In this document: piece by piece, positions 21,873-37,000 of the stretch
Layout of the letters: each line of letters opens with the position of its first letter
Numbering within the stretch: position 1 is the first letter of the stretch
Assembly (NCBI RefSeq): GCF_001194135.2
Contig: NC_068989.1
Coordinates: 288,833-352,832, forward strand
Length of the DNA: 64,000 nt
Source: Octopus bimaculoides
Lineage: Eukaryota
Direction: 5' to 3'
The notes under the pieces: model-generated
Seen by the model: the letters and a program-made list of their open reading frames with translations, nothing else
Told to the model about the DNA's origin: nothing
Databases searched by the model: none
Made by a program: the position numbers and the translations under genes

Positions 21873-23692
21873 TTGGAATCACCAAGCTCGCACGTACTTC
21901 TTTGCCCCTCTTGTACGTGCTTCACAGCGTTCAGGACATACACACTTCACGTCTGGCTGTACAGCCTTTTTGTTTGTTTATTTCACCGTTTCGTTTTCCG
22001 TCCGCCACTACCCTCCACGAAAACAATTTAATTTGTGTTCGTGGGAAGAACCATTTTAACGATGCATACTGCCTTAATTCTTCGAAACGCCGGAGTTTTA
22101 ATGGTGGCAGCTGATGAAGGGGATGTTTCTATTTTGCCTGCTTGTTTGTTGCACCTTGATTACCATTTTGTCCTTGTTCTTTTGCCACGTCATGTACCCA
22201 GTTATGTATCTATATGTACATGTAGATGAACGAAAATAAATATATAGTTTTAGGGAAAAGAACCAAGGTTCATGAACTCATCAATGAAAATCCACTGTCA
22301 CATATAGAAAAATTAATAATTAAAAACACAATAAATGAGTATAATATAATACAAAGTAAATATCATAAGATAAAGATAATAAAATGACTACATGTGGACT
22401 GTGAAGGGTTTTTCATTGCGGAGTTTAATGCTAACAGTAATGGTTGGATATGCTAAATAATGCTAATGGTTAAATAATGCTAAGTTATAGATGCATTAGC
22501 ATGAAAACTGGTTTCATAGTGAACTTAACACAGACTCACTGAAAATACCTAAGAAGCATTTTGGAATCATAAATCTTTCATCTCTGATGGCAAGCATTTT
22601 GGAAAAAGTGATATGAAGTTTGCCTTTGGAAATGAGACAAAAGATATACTTGTTTGGCTTTTCAAAGGATAAGAAATTTCTGTTAATTCTTTCCTTATAT
22701 GAGTCAAAAAACTGGCAAAAATGAAAATGAATGATGTTCTGCAAGAAATAAACATATGGTTGCTATCGTTGCCATATGACTCCGTATCCCTTCTCTGATG
22801 CTTTTACATGGTTGAGTCGTTTGGAATGAAGCTTGTGGTATACAGCCATCAGTTATAATAATGTGGATGTTTGTTCAAATGATGATTGGCAACAATGTCA
22901 AAGCATTTTGATCAGAAATAGGCACAAGAATACTTCTAAGACTGCACTTTCCTACAATCCAATGACCCTCTCAATAGTATTTGTGGTGCATAAGATTTAA
23001 CAAGTCAACAACCTCTATGACTAACCTATTTCTTCCAATCTGGATGGACCTCAATGCACATAAATGACGCATACAAATTTGAAATATTTAAACAAGTAAC
23101 TTACAGATTCACTACTAATACCTACCTGTTCCAGCACAACAGACTGTTTGCAGTCAATAAGGCAATGAAGTCAGACACGAGACTCAGAGAAAAATAATTT
23201 TTGTCTAATACTGGAATAAAAGTTACTGTACTAAAGTTTTCTGTCTGCACAAACTCAGACAAAAAGTATTGCTGATATTTACACATTATTAAATTATGAA
23301 TTAATTCCATTCATGTGAGAAACTCAATAGTATAATTAATGCTATGAATGATGATAATATCTTGTAGGAAGCAATTCTTTTCTTCATTCTCTTTGCAATT
23401 ATTCCAAATGCTCTGGGTCTCATACATTCAGCTACTTTTCCCAATATATGAACAATTCATTAAAAAAAAATCTTTCACTTTTTTTTATTGGTAATTATAA
23501 CTGACAATGAAAATTATTTAGTTAAGTTTAATTTTATTTTTGATTTTTACTCAACTGTGTCACTTTATCATTATTTGGTTAAAATAGTCTAAATTTCAAA
23601 TTTCTCCATGTCCACCTTCTCTTGTATTTTATTTTTGTTATTCAGGGCTTTCGAAAATTAACATTTGAAAATCTACACTCATCTTAAAGAAA

Positions 23693-24019
23693 ATGAAGCT
23701 TATTTTATTGAGTATTTTCCTTTCCACTTGCCACTTTAGCATTAAAGGAGTGGTCCCTCAGCAAGAACGACAAGCATCTTTCAAAGCAATAAATACTTGT
23801 GGCCTTAATAGTAAGATAGTGAATGCAAGTGAGATAAAATACACATCAACAAGAATGCAATGTCTGGACTTGTGTTCCTGGAATTGGAAATGCAATGCAG
23901 TTACTCATTGCAGATATGGAGCAAAATTTTCTGTACAATGTCATCTCCATGAAAATATCAATATAATCCATGACTGTAAGTACCATGAAAAGGTTCCTGA
24001 ATGTTCATCATGGAAAAAG
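23693..24019 (+). CDS. Secreted protein, coding exon 1: signal peptide + PAN/Apple-like domain
   Basis: MKLILLSIFLSTCHFSIKG hydrophobic leader; CLDLCSWNWKCNAV (C-x3-C-x5-C); acceptor TTCAG 23641-23645; donor AAG|GTAAAA, phase 0. Confidence 0.75.
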
Positions 24020-24975
24020 GTAAAATGAATTCTCTTTATTTTTTCATTTACTTTATTTATTTAGGCACTTGTCCATACTTTTCCCAAGATGATTTGACAT
24101 TGGTCTTCTTTGACATTCTCTTCTATTTCTATAAGGAATCGTTGTAATGCACTCAATATTAACCAATTCTCTTCCACTTACTCATGGTAAAGATAATTGC
24201 TTCATTAAAATCTAACATGGCAAATCTTCCTCATAAAAACTGAATCAGAGTAGTTTTTACTTGGTGCAGCTTAATTCTAAACAAGCAGACTTGTGATATC
24301 TTTTTATTTTAAAGGTATCTAGAGTTACATTACCTAACATATTCTTTCTGTTTTTTATATTGACAGACTGTGATTTGAGGAAGATTTGGTTGCTATTTCT
24401 GGTAGATCAATTAACCATGTAGAGGTAGAGTAGGACAATTTGGTGCAAATGTTTTTCTGATGAACTATTTGGTATTCAAAGAAGACATACACACACAAAT
24501 ACAAACAGAAGCAGAAATGGACAGATAGTATCTAAATATACTGAAAGAAGACTAAAATATGGAGTTGTCACTCTTTACAAGATGATTTTTGTTTATAAGA
24601 GAAAATAATATTTCTAGTGATATACTGAAAAATGTAACCTTATTTTGTTTTTCATTTGGTAATTATGAATACTTTTATAATTTGAGATGGTTCCTACCCA
24701 ACTAGAAAATATCAGTTCATTGTTATGTAGAATAAAAACGAAATTTTCTAAGTGCCAAGTTGGCGATACTTTGTTGTACACTTTATAATACTATGTTAGG
24801 CCTTGGAGTGCTGACAAATTATGTAAACTGCAATAAGTGTGTGAATCTGAGAGAGGAATATATTGAATAAAATCATAATTAACTGATCCTCATCCTGTAT
24901 TTTCTTTTACTCAAAGCTAAGAACTTTTCATTAGCCCCCTCGTATATAAATAGTAATATAACAAGTATATTCCAG

Positions 24976-25075
24976 GTGACACCATGTCATAACAATGGCA
25001 TTTGGCACAGGGAAAACAACACATGTGATTGCTTTTTTACCTATAAAGATGAATACTGCAAAATATTCAGACCGA
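24976..25075 (+). CDS. Same gene, exon 2: EGF-like module
   Basis: ttccag acceptor, A|GTAAGT donor; 100 nt, phase 0-1; VTPCHNNGIWHRENNTCDCFFTYKDEYCKIFRP; not in the ORF track. Confidence 0.8.
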
Positions 25076-25655
25076 GTAAGTTTTTCATTTTTTACTTTCT
25101 TTTTACTTATTGGATTGTGGCCATGCTGGGGCATTGCATTGAAAGATTTAATTGACTTCAACCACTATGTTAAGGAGATGTAAACAAAAGAATGTCAACT
25201 AGTTGGAGGACGGGGAGGGGGAAAGCACAAAGATTCACACACACACACACACATCATCATCATCATCATCGTTGTTTAATGTCTGCCTTCCATGCAGGCA
25301 AGAGTTGGATAGTTTGACCGGAGCCAGACAGGCAGAAGACAACTCCAGGCTATTGTGTCTGTTTTGGCAGGATTTTTGTGGTCGGATGCTCTTCCTATCA
25401 CCAACCACTCTGCAGAGTGAACTGAGTGCTCTTTATGTGACACCAGCACAGGCAAGGTCAGTTTTGGCAGGATTTTTACAGCTGGATGCCCTTATATATA
25501 TATATACAGCACAGGCCTCTACTAAAAACATAAGGAATTGACTAACCTGAGGTTGTATTAAAAACCACTTGCAAACACTGAGACTAAACCTGAAACCACA
25601 AGTGATTGTTCTGTCTTCTCTGGAAGTGGAGATAATTTCAGTAAGTACATATGTA

Positions 25656-25714
<59 letters not shown>

Positions 25715-26307
25715 GCCTGTCCTTCTAATTGTTTCTGCTGTCCACCTTTGTATTGTCTGTCCGTCTGAATGGTTTATTGTCCTCTATTGCATTTTTGTTA
25801 TATTCTTATATCTATATATACATATAGCAGCGTACGTACACACTTGTGCTCACCTAATGCAGTGACAGTCCAAACACAGACAGATGTTGCAGTGAATGAC
25901 TGGTGGAGCGGAAGTGGCCTGAGACTGGAGTGTCACTGCCAAGTCTGATGTCTCGGAGGTGCTTAGTGAACCAGTCAACCAAGCAGACAGTGAGAGCAGG
26001 AGATAACATTAAAAGAGTTGGCATTAGGAAGGGCATCCAGCTGTAGAACCCTTGCCAGATCAAGTGGAAAGCCTAGCAAGTCTTATTTATGAAATTGGAA
26101 AGCCTGGTATATTAATGCCTGCCTTTCCAATCTGTGAATCAGTCTTTCAATGTCACTTAAATTGTATTAGCAGAATTATTTATGCAAATTTTGGAAATTG
26201 CTAGGCTTTCCAATTTCATGAGATTGCTATTTATGAAATCTTCGAAAATTTTTAAAAAGTGACTGAATCACATTTATTTAGAATACTTATGATTTTATTT
26301 GCTACAG

Positions 26308-26578
26308 GTTCCTGCAAACAAGTATATCAAACATTTATTGCTGCTGGAAAAACACCTTCTAGCAATAAGTTTGTTGTCTATACTCCAGATAAGAAAGCCA
26401 TTGAAGTATTTTGCGATTTTAAAAATACTTTTGGTGTAACATACATCTCCAAAGACTCCTTGTTGAACATGACCAATGATGATCTGCAACTGTTTGTGCC
26501 TGACTCAAGTAGGTTTGTGATAAGATATGCCATTACAGATGGATCTCAAACTGAAGCAACTTTAAAATTTGTATCAAC
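26308..26578 (+). CDS. Same gene, exon 3: start of an uncharacterised domain
   Basis: CAG acceptor, phase 1; AC|GTGAGT donor, phase 2; SSCKQVYQTFIAAG...IEVFCDFKNTFGVTYIS... Confidence 0.8.
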
Positions 26579-28091
26579 GTGAGTACTTGTGTCCCATTTT
26601 GTTTGCTTACTTTTTTGATGCTTTCACAGTCAATAGTTATAAAGTACCTCCACTCTAGATGGAAAAGGCAAACTGAAGTTTCTCATTGGACCTGTTAGGA
26701 GTTAGGTGGACTGAGCTACTGAAAGTATCTTAATCTATTATACAACACTAATGATTAAATGCAAATGTATTCAATTTTTTGACACATGGATAACTATGAT
26801 TCAGCTTTTTCTATTAACTGGCAACAAGAGGGATAATAGCATAAACACTTGTTACAACAGTTGTTTAGCTTACAAAAGAACTGAGTAAGAATAGATGAAG
26901 GAAGGTAATCAGAAATATTTCTAGAAAACTTACATATTATACTCTAAACTAATCTAGTTGTGTACAGTACCCCCACTGCACACATACAAATGGTGATTAT
27001 CCATAGCTAGTTCTAAGGGGAGCTGAAAATATATGCCTCTATACAATAGCAACAAATATGGATCAATTCCAATTGGTCACTTGACAAAAATGACCAATCA
27101 GCAGGAAACAACATTCTTAGTCTTACAGAAGATATCATACCACAATCACGAAAGGCTAATCCATGTGGGTCTTAAGATGATGAATTTTCTCATGCATTAG
27201 CAGAATGGATACAATAAGTATTCCTTGACATCACCTTACATACTTTAAGTTGTTCTTCTTCACCTTGCATTGCTCAAAGATATTTTTCAAACATTTATCT
27301 CATTTAATTATAAAATTATTTTAGAGAGAAAATCTAAACCTCTATTCCTGTGCTTCTGTTTGACAAGTAAATTTATCTAAGTCGTAGTCATTTAATATTC
27401 TCTTTTCCATACTTGCATGGGGCAGACAGAATTTATTGAGACACATTGCCCAGCATTCTATTCTAGTTGCAAACCCCCATTTATTTCTCCAGAAGGTAAT
27501 ATTTCCCATGGTCAGATGTTTCCCACACAAAGCTGGAAATGAATGACATCATTTGTATGGAAGAGATTCTCATTTACAACCATCACAAGATGTCCAGACA
27601 AGGGTACACACAAACACACAAGACAGGCTTCTTTCAGTTTCCATCTAGTGAATTAACTCTCAAGACTTTGGTTAGATAACCCAAGGTACCGCAGTGAATG
27701 ACACTGAACCCAAAACTATATGAATACAAAGTGAGTTTCTTAACCATAAAGCCATACCTTCACCAACGAAATGTTGAAACTAAAATAGTTTCAGATTATT
27801 GTGGAGTCATATTGATCACTTGAAACATTCATATGTTTATATTTACTTTCATTTTGTCAGTGCATCAAAGAATTACCATCTTTCCACAAATTAATAAACT
27901 CATTTGTTGAGTGGGAGGTGTTTAAGTCACTGCCATTTCTTTCTTAGTGTTATATGGTAGTGTCTGTTGTTACAATCAAAGAGTACCCAGTGCCTAAAAT
28001 GCCAAATATTTGATGGCGTGGGTGGTCCATTTTAGTCGGTAGTTGTTCTCTTGATTACACGTATGTTGAGTTTCTTTCTTATATATTACAG

Positions 28092-28507
28092 ATACTCAGA
28101 CCACTGGATTATCACACTTGGAGTGAATGAGACTTTGTCTAACCCACCAATAAATTATCTACTGGAACCATATATACATATCACTGGCTTGCCAATTAGT
28201 TGCATGAATAAAGGTATTACAATGGGATATAATGCTGAAGGAACTAACTTTACATATTCAGTTTGTGATGAGAATAAAAATAATTATTTTGCTTTTTATG
28301 CAAACGCAAACCAGCTGACACTAAAACATTACTCATATGTGGGAATGGTTGAGAAGTGGAAAAGCAAGACTAAAAGTGTTCCTTCATCAGCTTTGTTAAC
28401 CGAAGAATTTTTATATCTTTTGGAAATTTACTTTGGTGGTTGTGGTGGACTTGTTACTTGTAACGCAGAGGAGAATTGTGCTGGAGCATCTCCAGGTTTT
28501 ATCTTCA
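28092..28507 (+). CDS. Same gene, exon 4: uncharacterised Cys-containing domain; terminal exon unresolved
   Basis: CAG acceptor, phase 2; A|GTAAGT donor, phase 1; CDENKNNYFAFY...LEIYFGGCGG; stop is either read-through at 28539 or in a later exon (candidate 30330-30394). Confidence 0.8.
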
Positions 28508-31084
28508 GTAAGTATTTCAATTTAAGTTTATCAATTTAAAAGTTGTTATCTCAGATCAGCTTTGCCAACATTCTTGATGCTGATGTGAGTATCTTGGATC
28601 TGTAAATTTGAATATTTCAATGAAGTGTTCAAACAGAAATAACTCCAGTGTCTTGAATTCATATCTACCTCAAATAGTTTACTGAATGTTCATGAAGAGA
28701 ATTTATTCTATCTAACTGAGTTCACAAAGCCTTTCTAGGAAAAATGTTACCTGTACAAACACAGGTAGTCTGACAGACAATTTGCATCTTAGATCTACTG
28801 ACGTGAGATGGCTGCAGGATTAAAATATTGGATTATATGTTCTTTCACTATTATTTAAAACCTACAGAGAATTAAGTAGCTCATTGTCATGGCACTAGCA
28901 TCAAATCAGAACCAAAATACATAAAAATGTATCCTTTTACATCATGGAGTATTACTGGTAATAAATGAACCTGTTGCAACAGGGGTTAGGTAGGTTGTAT
29001 GAAGATTAGGCACAATGCCTGGTGGTATTTATTCTTGTGTTTGGATCCTGCCAAGGTCATCAAATAAAATAGCAATTGGGGAAAAGGAAGCAGTAGACGG
29101 AATTGTCTGATCATTGGATAGGGTGCCTTGTAGTATTTATTCCTCTTCAAATCCTACCATGGCCTACCTAACTTGTTGACTTGATCCTTTGTGGGGTGAT
29201 AAGCAGAATTCATTTTGTTGGAAGCATTTGAGCCAAGTATCCAGCTTGTGAATTCCTCTCACCAGTCTTTGAGGCTCTGAAAAGGATCATTAATGGGTGT
29301 TGTCTCTTTTGACCAAGTGATGAAAGATAGAAACAGAAATCCTATCCAGTGAGGTGTGTGGACTGGATAAAGTGACCATCATATAAATGTGTTTGCTGTA
29401 GCTGTTGAAGATCGTCAAGTTCCATTAAAGGAAGGGTCAAAACCTACCCCACCTCACTAATTAACCTACGTCAGGTTAAATTAAATTCAAAACAGATCAT
29501 TCTGCATATGTTGTGCCTAAAAGAAGATGGGATGGTTAAGTAATTGTTTCTAATTTAAGCAGAAAGTCAGTGATGTGGTGGATGAGATAATTGATGACAT
29601 TGAATTTTAGCTTTTAATGGCAAAGTTGACCATGCAATCTAATAATAGAATAAATACTGTAAGAAATTTAAAAACAAAAATAAAATTATCAAATTTTATA
29701 ATTAGATAACATAATTATCTGAAAATATAATTATTTAAAGTGTGATTGGCAGAACGTTTTGTTAAGTTTAATAAATGTGTTAATTCTTTTCATGATGGTT
29801 TCTTTCAGGTATTCCTTAAGTAGATAATTCATTGATGTCAAAAGAAAGCAAATCAGGACGGAAAACAAGAAATAACAGAGTTCAATAATAAATACAAACA
29901 GAATATTTCCCAACAAATACTGAACATTACACTGTTATCAATAAGAAGATCGAAGAGCAATAAACATGCATCATAGAACAACACATGGTAAACATTAGAA
30001 AATTCTGGAACAGTCAATGAACAACAGAAAATATTATGAAGCTGAGATGAATGATAATCTTAAAAAAGTAAACGAAAGTATGAAATAGATAGCTGCTATG
30101 TGGTGGTGCCTCAGTGTGACCACAGCCAACAGAGAGAGTGAGTCATAAAGTAGACAATGTATGTATTAGACAGCTTTTAAATAAACAGTATTATGTAGAG
30201 AGCAGAGTATTTGTTGAAGTTTTTGTATTTCTATGCTAAAATATATCAGTGAATCAGTGAGTTTGACTTTAGATTTAAAAGTATTAATCCTGCTATGAGC
30301 CATGGTGTCAGATATTTAGTTCTTTACAGGGCTAAAAGAACAGAGGCAATATTTTGGATTACCAATTGATGGAATTGGAGATCATATTTGTTAGATTATA
30401 TATTTGGAACATTGTAATCATTGCTTTTCATACTGGAATCAAAAAAAGGAAAATCATAATAAATACTTTATCCATTTTCTCCAACAATTTCATAGTGTTC
30501 TCTCACATTTTGGGTCCCAGTGCACAGTTATGGAAATATCATTTCTGCACACAAACAATTTGCAGATGCAAGTGCTGCCAGTGTCATGAGGATATTCGTA
30601 ATACAGTGCAGTCATTACTGTCATTACTTGCATTTCAGCTTTGATCACAATTTCATCAAAGAGCATTTTTCATGTTGTACAACTAAATCAAAGTAAGACC
30701 CTCAAGAGGCATCGAGTATACTCTACAGCAGAATTAATAATCTGCTGCAGTCCAGTGGCTAAACAGAATTGTTGGAGGACTACTGATGAAGTAAATAAGT
30801 GTTTCAATAACTGTTGTTTTTGTTCAGGTTAAAGACGAGGGACTTTGGCTGCTATTTCCAGCAGGTGATCATGTACAAGTTTCATATATTATGCTAGCAA
30901 CTACTTGACTAAGTCTCATGTACCACTCTAGTCATAGAAAATCTGGGAGCAGCTGTTAAACTTTACTGATGAAATCTAATAACGAAACTTACTCCATGCT
31001 ATTTTTGATTCATCTAAATTCTGCAAATAGTCTTTCTTGGCCAGAAGTAAACATTAATTTAATGATTGGTTTTCCTCTTTACTA

Positions 31085-34000
31085 TCGAACGAACGAACAA
31101 ACGAACAAACAAAAGAACGAAGAAACGAAAGAACGTAGTACGAACAAACGAACGATTGAACGAAAGAACGTATGTACGTACGTACGAACGAACATACGTA
31201 CGTACGAACGAACGAACGAATGAACGAACGTACGTACGAAGGTACGACCGAACGATCAAACCAACGAACGTACGTACGTACGAATTAACGTACGTACGTA
31301 CGAATTAACGTATGTACATGCTTTCGTTCGTTCGTATGTACCTACGTTCGTTCGTTCGTACGTACGTATGTTCGTTCGGTCATTCGTAAGAACGTATGTA
31401 CGTACGTTTGTTCGTTCGGTCGTTCGTTCGTAGTACGATCTTTCGTTCGTTCGTACGTACGTTCGTTCGTTCATTCATACGCACGTTCGTTTGTTCGTTC
31501 GTTCCTTCGTACGTACGTTCGTTCGTTCGTTTGGTCGTTCATTCGTACGTATGTACGTACGTTCCTTCCTTCCTTCATTTCGTTCATTCGTACGTACGTA
31601 CGTTCATTCGGTCGTTCCTTCACTCGTACGTACGGACGTATGTACATGCTTTCGTTCGTTCGTACGTACGTATGTTCGTTCGATCGTTCATTTCGCTCGT
31701 TCATTCGTTTGTTCGTTCGTACGTACGTAGGTTCGTTCGTTCGATCGTTCGTTCAATCGCTCATACTTACGTTCATTCGGTCGTTCCTTCGCTCGTACGT
31801 ACGGACGTATGTACATACGTACGTTCGTTCGTACGTACGTACGTTCGTTTGCTCGTTCATTCGTTCGTACGTACGGACGTTTGCAGATGCATTCGTTTGT
31901 TTGTTCGTTCGTTCGTTCGTACGTACATACTTACGTACTTTCGTTCGTTCGTTCGTACGTACGTTCGTTCGTTCGTACGTACATTCGTTCTTTCATTCGT
32001 TCGTTCGTTCGTTCGTACGTATGTACGTTCGTTCTTTCGTTAGTACGTACGTACGTACATTAATTCGTTCGATCGTTCGTTTTTTCCTTTCTTAGTATGT
32101 ACGTTCGTTCGTTCGTATGTACGTACGTACGTTCATTCGTTTGTACGTTAGTACGTTCGTTCGTACGTACGTACGTTCGTTTGCTCGTTCATTCGTTTGC
32201 AGATGCGTACGGACGTTTGCAGATGCGTTCGTTCGTTTGTTCGTTCGTACGTACCTACGTTCGTTCGTTCGATCGTTCGTTCAATCGCTCATACTTAGGT
32301 TCATTCGGTCGTTCCTTCGCTCGTACATACGGACGTATGTACATACGTACCTTCGTTCCTTCGTACGTTCGTACGTACGTACGTTCATACGTACGCACGT
32401 TCGTTCGTTCGTTCGTACGTATGTACGTACGCACATACGTACATTCGTTCGTACATTCTTTCGTTCGTTCGTTCGTTCCTTCATTTCGTTCGTTCTTTCC
32501 TTTGTACGTTCGTTTGCTCGTTCATTCGTTCGTACGTACGGACGTTTGCAGATGCGTTCGTTTATTCGTTCGATCGTTCAATCGATCGATCGTTCGTTTG
32601 TTCGTACGTACATACTTACGTACTTTCGTTCGTTCGTACTTACGTACGTAAGTTCGTTAGTTCTTTCATTCGTTCGTTCGTTCGTTTCGCTCCTTCGTTC
32701 GTTCGCTCGTTCTTTCGTTCGTACGTACGTACGTTCGTTCGTTCTTTCGTTCGTTCATTCGTACGTATGTACGTACGTACGTTCGCTGGTTCGTTCGTAC
32801 GTATGTAGATGTGTTCGTTCGTTTGTTCGTTGGTACGTACGTACCTACGTTCGTTCGTTCGTACGTTCGTTCCTTCGTACTTTCGTACGTACGTACGTTC
32901 GTTCGTTCGTTCGATCATCCGTACGTACGTTTGCTCGTTCGTTCGTTCGTACGTATATAGATGCGTTCATTCATTTGTTCGTTCGTACGTACGTACCTAC
33001 GTTCGTTCGTTCGTTCGTTCGAGCGATTCTTCCTTCGAGCGATGGACCGTACATACGAACGAACGATCGTACGTACGTACGAACGCACGAACAAACGAAC
33101 GAACGAAAGAACCATCGTACGAACGAACGAACGAGCGTACGCACGTACGTAACTACGACCGAAAGAATGAACGAACTTACGAAAGAAAGTACGTACGAAT
33201 GAACGAACGAACGGACAAACGAACGAGTGTAAGTACATACGTACGAACGAACCAACGACCGACCGAACGAAAGAACGAACGAACGTATGTACATACGTAC
33301 GTACGAACAACGTGCGTTCGTTCGTTTGGTCGTTCATTCGTACGTATGTACATACGTTCGTACGTACATTCGTTCCTTCCTTCATTTCGATCATTCGTTC
33401 GTTCGTACATACGTACGATCGTTTGTTCGTATGTACGTACGTTCATTCGGTCGTTTCTCCGCTCGTACGTACGGACGTATGTACATGCTTTCATTTGTTG
33501 TTCATTCGTTCGTTCGTTCGTTCGTTTCGCTCGTTCGTTCGTTCGTTCGTTGGTTCATTCGTTCGTACGTATGTAGATGTGTTCGTTCGTTTGTTCGCTG
33601 GTACGTACGTACGTACCTACGTTCGTTTGTTCGTACGTTCGTTCCTTCGTACTTTCGTACGTACGTTCTTTCGTTCGATCATTCGTACGTATGTACGTAC
33701 GTACGTTTGCTGGTTCATTCGTTCGTACGTATGTAGATGCGTTCGTTCGTTTGTTCGTTCGTACGTACGTACCTACGATCGTTTGTTCATTCGTTCGTTT
33801 GATCGTTCGTTCGATCGTTCGTTCGTACGTACATACGTACTTTCGTTCGTTCGTTTGTTCGTTCGTTCGTACGTACGTACGTAATTTCGTTCGTTATTTC
33901 GTACGCTCGTTCATTCGTTCGTTCTTACGTTCGTACTTACTTACTTTCGTTCGTTCGTTCGTTCCTTCGTACGTACGTTCGTACGTACATGCGTTCGTTC

Positions 34001-37000
34001 GTTCTTTCATTCGTTCGTTGATTTGTTCGTTCGTTTGTTCGTACGTACGTTCGTTCGTTCGTTTGTACGTATGTAAGTTAGTTCGTTCGCACGTACGTAA
34101 TTACGTATGTACGTTCGTTCTTTCGTTAGTACGTACGTACGTCCATTCGTTCGTTCGTACGTACGTTCATTTGTTCATTCGTACGTACGTACTTACGTAC
34201 GTTCGTTCGTTTGTTAGCATGTACGTACATACGTACGTTCATTCGTTAGTTCGTTCGTTCCTTCGTTAGTTCCTTCCTTCGTACGTTCGTTCGTTTGGTC
34301 ATTCATTCGTACGTATGTACATACGTACATTTGTTCGTACTTACGTTCGTTCGTACGTACGTTCGTTCATTCGTACGTTCGTTCGTACGTACGTTCGTTC
34401 GTACGTACGTTCGTTCCTTCTTTTATTTCGTTTATTCGTACGTTCGTATGTACGTACGTTCATTCGGTCGATCCTTCGCTCGAACGTACGGACGTATGTA
34501 GATGTGTTCGTTCGTTTGTTCGTCCGTACGTACGTATGTACCTACACTACGTTCGTTCGTTCGTTCCTTCCTTCCTTCCTTTGTACGTACGTACATACGT
34601 TCCTACGTTCGTACATACGTACGTACGTTCGTTCAGTCATTCTTACGACCGTATGTACGTACCTACGTTCGTTCGTTCCTACGTTCGTTCTTTCGTACGT
34701 ACGAACGTACGTTCGTTCGTTCGTTCGCTCTTTCCTTCGATCATTCGTACGTATGTACGTACGTACGTTTGCTCGTTCGTTCGTTCGTACGTATGTAGAT
34801 GCGTACGTTCGTTTGTTCGTTCGGACGTACGTACCTACGTTCGTTCGTTCAATCGTTCGTTCGTTCGTTCGATCTTTCGTTCGTACGTACGTAATTTCGT
34901 TCGTTCGTACGTACGTAATTTCGTTCGTTCGTTCGTACGTTCGTTCTTTCATTCGTTCGATCGTTCGTTCTTTCGTTAGTACGTACGTACGTCCATTCGT
35001 TCGTTCGTACGTACGTACGTTCGTTTGTTCATTCGTACGTACGTACTTAAGTACGTTCGTTCGTTTGTTAGCACGTACGTTCATTCGTTAGTTCGTTCGT
35101 ACGTTCGTTCCTGCGTACGTTCGTTCACTCGTACGTTCGTACGTACGCACGTTCGTTCGTTCGTTCGTTTGGTCGTTCATTCGTACGTATGTACATACGT
35201 ACGTTTGTTCGTACTTACGTTCGTTCGTACGTACGTTCGTTCATTCGTACGTTCGTTCGTACGTACGTTCGTTCCTTCTTTCATTTTGTTCATTCGTACG
35301 TACGTTCATTCGGTCGATCCTTCGCTCGTACGTACGGACGTATGTACATGCTTATGTTCGTACATACGTACGTACGTTCGTTCGGTCATTCTTACGACCG
35401 TATGTACGTACCTACGTTCGTACGTACGTACGTATGTACATACGTATGTTCGTTCGTATGTACGTTCGTTCCTTCTTTCATTTCGTTCCTTCGTATGTAC
35501 GTACGTTCATTCGGTCGATCTTTCGCTCGTACGTACGGATGTATGTACATGCTTACGTTCGTTTGTTCGTTCGTACGTACGTTCGTTCGTTAGTTCGTTC
35601 GTTCCTTTGTTCATTCGTTCGTTCGTTCGTACGTACGTTCTTACGTTCATACATACGTACGTACGTTCATTCGTTTGTTCGTTTATTCGTTCGTTCGTTT
35701 GTAGGTACGTACGTACGGTCATTCGGTCGATCCTTCGCTCGTGCGTACGGACATATGTACATGCTTACATTCGTTTGTACGTTCATACGTACGTATGTAC
35801 CTACGTTCGTACGTTCGTTCCATCGTACTTTCGTACGTACATACGTTCGTACGTACGTTCGTACGTACGTTCGTACGTACGTACGTTCGTTCGTTCTTTC
35901 GTTCGATCATTCGTACGTATGTACGTTCGTTCGTACGTATGTAGATGCGTACGTTCGTTTGTTCGTTCGTACGTACGTACGTACCTACATTCGTTCGTTC
36001 AATCGTTCGTTCGTTCGATCGTTCATTCGTTGGTACGTACTTTCGTTCGTTCGTTCGTTCGTTCGTTCGTACGTACGTAAGTACGTAATTTCGTTCGTTA
36101 TTTCGTACGCTCGTTCGTTCATACGTACGTTCGTTCCTTCTTTCATTTCGTTCATTCGTACGTTCGTATGTACGTACGTTCATTTGGTCGATCCTTCGCT
36201 CGTACGTACGGATGTATGTACATGCTTACGTTCGTTTGTTCGTTCGTACGTACGTATGTACCTACACTACGTTCGTTCGTTAGTTCGATCGTTCCTTCGT
36301 TCCTTCCTTCCTTTGTTCGTTCTTTCTTTCGTTCGTTCGTTCGTACGTACGTAATTACGTATGTACCTTTGTTCTTTCGTTAGTTCGTACGTACGTACGT
36401 ACGTTCGTTCGTTTGTTAGTACGTACGTACATACGTACGTTCATTCGTCAGTTCGTTCGTACGTTCGTCCCTTCGTAAGTTCGTACGTACGCACGTTCGT
36501 TCATTCGTTCGTTTGGTCGTTCATTCATACGTATGTACATACGCACGTTTATTCGTACGTACGTTCGTTCGACGTACTTTCGTTCATACGTCCGTTCGTT
36601 CGTTCCTTCTTTCATTTCGTTCATTCGTACATTCGTATGTACGTATGTTCATTCGGTCGATCTTTCGCTTGTACGTACGGACGTATGTACATGCTTACGT
36701 TCGTTTGTTCGTTCGTACATATGTATGTACCTACACTATGTTCGTTCCTTCGTTCGGTCGTTCCTTCGATTGTCTGTTCGATCGTTAATTCGTTGGTACG
36801 TACGTACGTACGTTCGTTCGTTCGTTCGTACGTAAGTACGTTCTTTCGTTCGTTCATTCTTTTGTTTGTTTGTTTGTTCGTTTGTTCGTACGTACGTACT
36901 TACGTTCGTTCGTTCTTTCGTTCGTTCCTTCGTTCGGTAGTTCTTACGTGCGTATGTACATACGTTCGTTCGTTCTTTCGTTCCGTCGTTCGTTCGTTCG

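Noticed and set aside
22060-22130. Possible hammerhead ribozyme (ctgatga plus gaaac, ctgcc/ggcag stem)
   Set aside because: No permutation gives stems I-III with the core in correct order; no GAAA follows CTGATGA
23976-24064. Alternative GTAAGT donor at 23976 and acceptor at 24064 in the secreted-protein gene
   Set aside because: The donor at 24020 keeps the end of the PAN domain and is phase-compatible with the EGF exon; the 24065 segment has stops in all frames before its next strong donor (24187)
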